Below are positions 55,853 to 64,000 of a stretch of DNA of 64,000 nucleotides, in pieces. This DNA is from Malacoraja senta (taxonomy: Eukaryota). The notes under the pieces were generated by a model. That model saw only the letters and a list, made by a program, of their open reading frames with translations. It searched no databases and was not told where the DNA came from. The first letter of the stretch is position 1. The number at the start of each line of letters is the position of its first letter. A program made the translations under genes and the position numbers. Location: NCBI GenBank assembly GCA_038087875.1, contig CM075994.1, forward strand, positions 1,428,001 through 1,492,000, in the 5' to 3' direction.

Positions 55853-57281
55853 CTGTGGCCTAACCACTGCGATATACACGCCCAAACGTCCCCTTAACCC
55901 CGTGGCCCCTTGTGCTGGGTCTTTATGTTGCACGATATTAAATGTCAAATATACAACATCTACTTATCCATCTGTTGCTTCCATCATCATTGAAATTCAA
56001 CAGATTCGTCAAACACAACTTCACACTCAGTAGACCACGCTGGCTCTGTTCGCACTGATGATGAAAATTTCCGGCCACAGCGCCCGAATTATGGAGACAG
56101 CATTTCACCAGAGACAGATGACGGGGGAACTGGCCGAGAGATTCCTGCTTCTGCCTCCCTCCTTGAACGGTGGTGTCGAATCTTCTAGCCTATAACCAGT
56201 AGTTCACCATCTCTACCCGTCCCCGGTAATGCGAACGATGTGCCCGGCACTGATGCCGCGTAATGTGCCCGTCCGCTGGACATTTACGCACCTCCTGTCC
56301 TTTGTGGAAAGCCTCTTCCAGGCCAACAGCCAGCCGGCGGTTACCCTTCCACGTTAATTCCATCACCGAGTAGCTGGTCCGGAGTCCTCTGTGTCTAAGA
56401 GATTCATGGCTCGTCTGGACACTTCCTCAATCCTGGCAATGTCTGAGCTTGAACCATTCTCTCAAAGTGTTGCAGGTACCCCCCGGGATGTGGGTGAAGT
56501 CACCTCAGATTCCTCTCAACCCCCCACCTCGCCCTTATCCGAAATAATCCATTTTAATCTACCTCTGATATTGAGACAGGTTTCCCGGGGTCTATCCTGT
56601 CTAGAGTGCTCATAGTGGTTTTATACCTCTTCATGTCCCCTCTTACCTCCTCTGCTCCACCAGTGAGAAGAGGCGCTCTTTCTCCAGTCGCTCACCGTTA
56701 CTGAAACGCTGTGTCCCAGGCAATATCCAGAGGAATCTCCTCCGCACTCTCCCCGGTAGAGTCCCATCCGCCCGACAGCGTGCGCCAGATATCTGACCTC
56801 GCTTGGATGAGGGTGAAAGCAGCCTCCTGCACCGTCAGAACCTCACTACCAGCGTACGTTGCCCTCGGGACGGCTGCTATGGAGATGAGACGGTTGCCCA
56901 CCACTTCGTAGAGTGTGGATTTGCAAAGAGAGTCTAGAGAAGTTTGCAAGGATCGCAATCACGGTTTATTCCAAACAGCTCCGTAATAGAAGACTCTCTG
57001 ATTCACGGCTGTTCCCAAGGACACGTTCAGAGACGGAGTCAAATGCTGCTGTAAGGGCATTAACTCGGTGAAAGATACTCGTTGGTCTTCCCGAACTTTG
57101 TTGACCTCCCAGCACAGCAAGATGTCCGTCAGGGAATGTTGCCGACTGCCCGCTCCAGACTGCAAATGTACGTGCTGAGTGATGGACTGAGCTCTGGACA
57201 ATGTGTATTTTGTATATTATAAAAACATATACAAAAAAAGAACAGTGCAAACACTTCTTGGCCATTCTGAGCGGGCACATA

Positions 57282-57990
57282 ACTATATTACTAAAAGTAA
57301 GATCTTGACCGCTTTTGACTAACTGTGATGTGATTTCCGAGAGAACTCCGCCACTTACGGCCGTCATTTTTGGCCACCTCGTTCAGAGCGCCCCTCCGCC
57401 GGAATGGACCGGAGGACTTTTCCCATCGATGAAAAATCAGAGATATATCAATGTTTAAATTTTTTTCGCCATTCTCTCTGCTGCCCTCTCTGGCGGCATG
57501 TGGGAGGGACTATAAAACCCGGAAGTGTCGTGGCTCTCCCAGTCTCTGCAGATGGAGGAAGCGAGAGGGTCACGGCGCTTTGAGCTGCGAATAACGCTGA
57601 ACGCACGTCTACTCCACGGTGAGTCCCCGGGATGTGGTTTTCAGCAAATGTATTTGTTGTTTGCAAAGTGTTTGCCCAATTGGGTTGGCTTTTTAAAGGG
57701 CTTTCAGCAAATGTGTTTTGTTGGCTTGCAACGTGTTTTTGCCCAATTGGGTTGGCTTTTTAAAGGGCTTTCAGCAAATATGTTTTGTTGGCTTGCAAAT
57801 TGTTTTTGCACAATTGGGTTGGCTTTCATAAGGGCTTTCAGCAAACGTGTTTTGTTGGCTTGCAAAGTGTTTTTGTCCAATTGTCTTGGCTTTTAAAGGG
57901 CTTGCTTGCAACAGTTTTCGGATGGATAAAGTGTGAATAAACATTTTATTATATCAGGAATGTTTAATTTCAAAATTGGCGCTCATTCTG
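57282..57990 (+). mobile_element. Possible non-autonomous Helitron 5' part with an internal about 66-bp tandem repeat (57635-57915)
   Basis: Begins CTATATTACTAAAAG (Helitron-like 5' end); the tandem unit gctttcagcaaatgtgttttgttggcttgcaa...gggttggc is directly visible. Confidence 0.4.
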
Positions 57991-58004
57991 TGATTTTCGC
58001 TTAG

Positions 58005-58250
58005 ATGCAAGATGGCGCCGATTACGTCATTTCCGGTTAGCGGCATGCTGGAGCTGAGTGCGTCATTTCCGGTTCGCGGCAAGAAGCGAGAGGGTGACGT
58101 CAAGATGGCGCCGAGTGCAGGCGCCGTTGAATATTTCAAGGGAGCTGACTGCAGTGTCTATGGTGAGTGTGTTTGTCGGATGTTATTTAAAGCACGTTTT
58201 TGCTTCAGCACCAGGAGGCTTTAAACAACACAAGATGGCTGCCGTTGCTG
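58005..58250 (+). promoter_or_regulatory. LINE internal-promoter-like CpG region
   Basis: Three AAGATGGC(G) YY1-type motifs (58008, 58102, 58232), CATTTCCGG (ETS-like) twice and TGACGTCA (CRE). Confidence 0.45.
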
Positions 58251-58518
58251 CGTGAGGGTTTTACACAAGCTCTAGCCTGCAGGCTCAACTATTTGTCAAT
58301 TTGATGGCGTTCTGAGATTCCTTCTAAACTCTAACTCGCCTGGTGTCAATGAACAATTTTTGGTGAATTTAAAAAGCAAGGTAGAACAACTCAACTAATT
58401 ATTAATTACTGGACTATCTTCTATCTTCTACCTTCTATTACCTTCTTCCTTCTACTTTTCGCTGAGTGGAAAAGACTACTGGTTTTACAATGGGCGAGCC
58501 AATTGCCCACAAATTGTC

Positions 58519-59274
58519 TTGGATAATATGCATCAAATGCAGCTCAACATGATATTACATATGGACAATAAAATTGATCCAATTGGAGTAAGCCTGATTA
58601 ACATTGAAGGCTCACTTCAAACGCTGGGAGAGCAAGTAACGGAGCTTGAGCATAGAGTTAGCTCCAACGAGGATAATATAATGGACCTGGTCGGACGTGT
58701 AAAATTACTTGAAAAAGAAAACGCTGACCTGAAAACTTGGGCAGATGACGCTGAGAACAGAAGCACACGTTCCAACTTACGTTTTGTCGGCATCCCCGAG
58801 AGGGTCGAGTCAAAAGATATTTCCGGATTCATAGGCCGTCTGATACCGCAGCTTTTTGGTGAGGCGAATTTCCCCACTCCTCTAGAGATTGAGCGTTGTC
58901 ACCGTGCTGGTCGCAAGGATAACTCCAGAGCCAAGGGTCCGAGGCCTATCCTGGTGAAGTTCCACTATTTCCAGGATAAGCTGAAGATAATGAAGCTCTC
59001 CCGGGAGAAAAATGTGCCCCTTGATTACAATGGAGCTCGGGTTCATGTCTACCCAGACTTCAGCGCTGGTCTTGTCCGGAGACGCCGGGAGTATGATGCG
59101 GCTAAGAAGAAGCTACGCGACCGTGACATTAAATATGCATTGATCTTTCCCTGCACACTGAGAGTTGTCTACGCTGGCAAGACACAGTTCTTTCGTACTC
59201 CTGATGAAGTTGAGACATTTTTTGGTGAGGTTTCCTCCACTAACTCCTCCATGGACTCTGATATAACAGCCTAA
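58519..59274 (+). CDS. LINE ORF1, L1-type (coiled coil + RRM + CTD; Transposase_22-like)
   Basis: DAENRSTRSNLRFVGIPE, IERCHR, PRPILVKF, VYPDFS; first ATG at 58528. Confidence 0.9.
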   Translation: MDNMHQMQLNMILHMDNKIDPIGVSLINIEGSLQTLGEQVTELEHRVSSNEDNIMDLVGRVKLLEKENADLKTWADDAENRSTRSNLRFVGIPERVESKDISGFIGRLIPQLFGEANFPTPLEIERCHRAGRKDNSRAKGPRPILVKFHYFQDKLKIMKLSREKNVPLDYNGARVHVYPDFSAGLVRRRREYDAAKKKLRDRDIKYALIFPCTLRVVYAGKTQFFRTPDEVETFFGEVSSTNSSMDSDITA

Positions 59275-59875
59275 TGTTGGTGGCCAGTGGCTGGTGATAG
59301 CGTTAGCACAATAATGCTGTTTGCCTATGAACGTTGTGTTTATCTGGTTTTGGTTGCATTTTTCTTGATTTTGATAAACTGATGCCAGTGGGTCCTCTTG
59401 TAATTATATAATCGCTGGACAACCATTGATTTTTCTGTTTTATTTGCAAAGTTAAAACTGGCATGATAGTTGTTATGATTGATGCTGCTTTACTACTGTT
59501 GCAGTAAAAGGTGTTGCAATTGCCGTAAAAACGTTGTAAAACTAAGAGTTGTTATTTTAGGCTTCATAATGCCCCATTAATTTAAACATAAATGGTCCAG
59601 GACCTCATACTTTCATCTATTTGCATAAATATGAGCTACGCAGACTGAGGTGTGTATGCTCACTTTGTTTTCTTCTTTTTCTCTCTCTCTCAATGACGCA
59701 GCCTGATCTTGTGTGCTTTGTCTGTCCTGTCTTTTGTGTGTGTTTGTCTGTGTTAATCTGTGTATGTGGCTCTCTCGTCCCCTTTCTCATGCTATTTCCC
59801 TGCCTCACTCCCGTGACTTTATCTACACCCAATTGATCCATAATTGGTACAGCTAAAGGTCTAAAAATTATCCAC

Positions 59876-62668
59876 TTGAACATTAGGAGTCTTCTTCCAA
59901 AGATAGATTTAATTAGAGTTTGGATTGCACAGAATAAACCTGACATAATAACATTTTCAGAAACATGGTTACATAGTGAAATTTGTGACAATGATATTCA
60001 TATTGATAATTTTGTATTATATAGAGCAGATAGGCCTACGAGAGCTGGAGGTGTGGCTTGTTATGTGTCAACTTGTTTTATATCTGAACTTGCCATCCCT
60101 AAAGCAACCTCACTCCTCTTTGAAAGCCTTTTTATTAGGTTAAAACTTCATGACTATAAACATCTAATTATTGGCACTATCTATCGATCTCCCCCTGTTC
60201 ACCCTGACTCAACTAAGTCCTTAATTTCTACTCTCACCTCTATTGAACACCCATGCGAATTACTGCTTCTTGGTGACTTCAATAAAAACTGGCTCGATCG
60301 CTCCTCTTCTGACGACAAACACGTGCTTAAAAGTATAAACCTGACCCAGTTAATCAATGAACCTACTAGAGTTCATGGCAATTCTACATCACTATTAGAT
60401 TGGATTCTTGTTACCCATCCTGACCGAATCTTAACATCTGGTGTTTTGTCAGATTGCTTTAGCGATCACTCTGCTATTTTCTGTGTGTGGAAGATTAAAC
60501 CCTCCCGTCTCCCTCCTAAACATATTCGTGTTAGGCAATGTAGAAAATTAAATTATGATAATTATATGCATGACCTGATTGCAATAAACTGGGATAGGTT
60601 TCAACTTATACCAACTGTCGAGGATGCCTGGAATTATTTATACACTGAAGTCTCAAGAGTTATTGATAAGCATGCCCCCTGGAGAGAAATAAAAGTCAAG
60701 GGAAAACATTTACCATGGATTAGTGCTGATTTGATCAACCTTTTTAATGAGCGAGATAAAGTTTGGAAGACTTTCAGGGAAACAAAGGACCCTGCTGACT
60801 GGGAAAAATATAGGTCCTTAAGGAATCAGTGTACGACAAAAACATGTAATGCTAAATCAAGTTATTTTAAAAAACATCTTTCTGAAGACATGCATAATCC
60901 AAAAAAGTTTTGGAAAAGACTAAACAATGTTCTTAATAAATCAAATCAAAATATTAGAACTCAGATTCGGGTCAATAATGACATCATTCAGGACCCTGCT
61001 GTTATATCCAATGCTTTTAACCAGCACTTCTCCACTGTAGGTAGCTCTACTGTATTTGATTCATCTATTATATGTGACTTTCCAGCTACCTCTACAAGTA
61101 GAAGCTCTTTTTCTTTTCAAAAAATCAAACCTGTTGATGTTCAACATGTTATTAATGAACTAAAGGATGATTGTGGATCTGGACCAGCTGGTATTGAGAC
61201 TAAATTCATTAAGTTAGGAGCTAATATTTTAATGTACCCACTATGCGACCTGTTTAATTTGTCTTTCTCAACTTGTACCCTCCCTTCCGCATGGAAGTGT
61301 GCCAATGTTACTCCACTGCATAAGGGAGGCGACCCACAAGATATTAACAATTACCGCCCCATCTCAATTATCAACTCGGTGGCTAAAATCCTTGAGAAAC
61401 TAGTGTTCAACCAGCTATCACATTATGTCTCAACATTCAATATTCTATCTCCATGCCAGTCTGGGTTCAGACCTAAACACTCCACAACTACAGCTCTGTT
61501 AAAACTTACCAGCGATGTGTTCACTGCTTCCGAGGATGGTAAACTCACCGGTGCCATCTTTCTTGATCTAACCAAGGCCTTTGATGTTGTTGACCACTAC
61601 CTACTGCTTGATAAACTTTACTCTATTGGTCTTTCTCGAAACAATCTATTGTGGTTTAACTCATACCTTCATAACAGACGCCAATGTGTCACCATTAATG
61701 GAAGTCAATCCAATGTCTTAATTGTTGAGAAGGGGGTCCCGCAAGGTTCGTCCTTGGGACCACTCCTTTTCTCTATTTTCATAAACGACCTCCCCAATAT
61801 CTGTTCTGACTGTCAAATACAACTATATGCCGATGATGCGGTGCTATATACATCTAGTACTAACAAGTCTGAAATTGAAAGAACCCTTCAATCAGATCTT
61901 ATTTCTGTTCAGAAATGGCTATTATTTAACAAGTTAATTTTAAATAAAAATAAATCATGCAGTATGTTATTTGGTACCAGACAAGGCCTTGGTAATTCTG
62001 TAGATCTGACTATATCATTTAATGAAGGATCACCATTAGAACAAGTATTGAACTTCAAATATCTTGGTGTTTGGCTTGACCCAACGCTTTCATTTACGCA
62101 GCATAGTGAGACGATTACTAAAAAACTTAGCTGTAATCTAGCTATTCTTTACCGCCATATAAATTGTTTCACCTTTCAGATGAGAAAAATAATTGTCTCT
62201 CAACTACTACTACCAACACTGAATTATGCTGATATTGTCTATCAGAATACATTTGATATACATCTTCAACCCCTTAATGTAGTTTATAATAGTCTTTGCA
62301 GATTTATTTTAAGGTGTCCATATACAACTCACCACTGTTCTATGTACGAAACTTTAAACTGGTTATCCCCCCACGCTCGAAGATACTACCACTGGTTCCA
62401 GTTCATCTTTAAATGCATCCATCTTAATTACCCCTCTTATTTAAAACAAGACCTATTACCATACACACCCTCATATTCACTAAGACATATTCAACAACCC
62501 TTCTTTTTGATTCCAAGAACTAACAAAGAAATTGGGAGACGTGCATTTAAATATAAAGCTCCTTCTGACTGGAACACTCTGCCCAGTACCATAAGAACCA
62601 TTAGTTCATTTTGTCTATTTAAAAATACACTTTTAACATTTCTCATAAAACCATGTACCTGTTTCTAG
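59876..62668 (+). CDS. Uninterrupted LINE ORF2 (APE endonuclease + RT), L2/Crack-like
   Basis: HLNIRSL, FSETW, LLGDFN, SDH, NYRPISI, FLDLTKAFD, GVPQGSSLGP, YADD, FKYLGVWLD; 930 codons with no stop. Confidence 0.95.
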   Translation: MNIRSLLPKIDLIRVWIAQNKPDIITFSETWLHSEICDNDIHIDNFVLYRADRPTRAGGVACYVSTCFISELAIPKATSLLFESLFIRLKLHDYKHLIIGTIYRSPPVHPDSTKSLISTLTSIEHPCELLLLGDFNKNWLDRSSSDDKHVLKSINLTQLINEPTRVHGNSTSLLDWILVTHPDRILTSGVLSDCFSDHSAIFCVWKIKPSRLPPKHIRVRQCRKLNYDNYMHDLIAINWDRFQLIPTVEDAWNYLYTEVSRVIDKHAPWREIKVKGKHLPWISADLINLFNERDKVWKTFRETKDPADWEKYRSLRNQCTTKTCNAKSSYFKKHLSEDMHNPKKFWKRLNNVLNKSNQNIRTQIRVNNDIIQDPAVISNAFNQHFSTVGSSTVFDSSIICDFPATSTSRSSFSFQKIKPVDVQHVINELKDDCGSGPAGIETKFIKLGANILMYPLCDLFNLSFSTCTLPSAWKCANVTPLHKGGDPQDINNYRPISIINSVAKILEKLVFNQLSHYVSTFNILSPCQSGFRPKHSTTTALLKLTSDVFTASEDGKLTGAIFLDLTKAFDVVDHYLLLDKLYSIGLSRNNLLWFNSYLHNRRQCVTINGSQSNVLIVEKGVPQGSSLGPLLFSIFINDLPNICSDCQIQLYADDAVLYTSSTNKSEIERTLQSDLISVQKWLLFNKLILNKNKSCSMLFGTRQGLGNSVDLTISFNEGSPLEQVLNFKYLGVWLDPTLSFTQHSETITKKLSCNLAILYRHINCFTFQMRKIIVSQLLLPTLNYADIVYQNTFDIHLQPLNVVYNSLCRFILRCPYTTHHCSMYETLNWLSPHARRYYHWFQFIFKCIHLNYPSYLKQDLLPYTPSYSLRHIQQPFFLIPRTNKEIGRRAFKYKAPSDWNTLPSTIRTISSFCLFKNTLLTFLIKPCTCF

Positions 62669-62991
62669 TATTAGAGTATTGTATAGCGACTAACATTATG
62701 CTGTAATACATAACTTTTGTTATTATTGGATTTAAGTTAATTAACAATTGTTATAAACTATAACAAGTGGGGATGGAGGGGTTTTGGGTTTGGTGTGTGT
62801 GTAGGTGGGTCAATGAGAGCCTTTATGTATGTTATGTCTTGTGCTGTATGTTCTATGTTGGACCCCCTCGAAAACGAGATGACTGTCCATCTCAAGGGGT
62901 TATCCATAAATAAACTTGTTGAAACTTGTTGAAACTTGTTTTACACACTGTATATTAAACACGATCTGAAGTTACTTGGCATTTTAGTATT

Positions 62992-63995
<1,004 letters not shown>

Positions 63996-64000
63996 CAAAT

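Larger units (their letters stand above)
58090..62940 (+). mobile_element. Apparently full-length L2/Crack-like LINE
   Basis: ORF1 plus ORF2, 3' stem-loop (ggaccccctcg..gagatg...catctcaagggg) and (AAACTTGTTG)3 tail. Confidence 0.9.

Overview
Repeat-dense vertebrate genomic DNA, most likely from a cartilaginous fish (skate/ray-like; inferred from the CR1, HE1-like SINE and Penelope families). It is not prokaryotic. The only recognisable host gene is a disabled kinesin-14 (KIFC1/CTK2-like) pseudogene on the minus strand, with six exons between 42061 and 25773. These carry in-frame stops, a frameshift and broken splice sites. Its next exon (switch I, NxxSSRSH) lies in the opposite orientation inside a duplicated patchwork block (about 8290-12610 and 19940-25360). 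The block is built from epsilon-like endogenous retrovirus gag/RNase H/env pieces, the kinesin exon, a CR1 piece, an integrase piece and a piggyBac-like end, and is bounded by GA/TC microsatellites. The rest is nested mobile elements: a hAT (Buster/Charlie) relic, a GA-flanked esterase-ORF1 LINE, a Tx1-clade L1 interrupted by a CR1, and two near full-length CR1s. Also present are Penelope-derived hairpin mini-elements with hammerhead motifs and TSDs, a TIR non-autonomous DNA transposon, and a BEL/Pao 5' part whose gag contains a NOLC1-like segment. A DIRS1 relic keeps complete ITR/ICR ends, and an L2/Crack-like LINE has an uninterrupted 930-codon ORF2. Mini- and microsatellites and a 200-N assembly gap complete the window.
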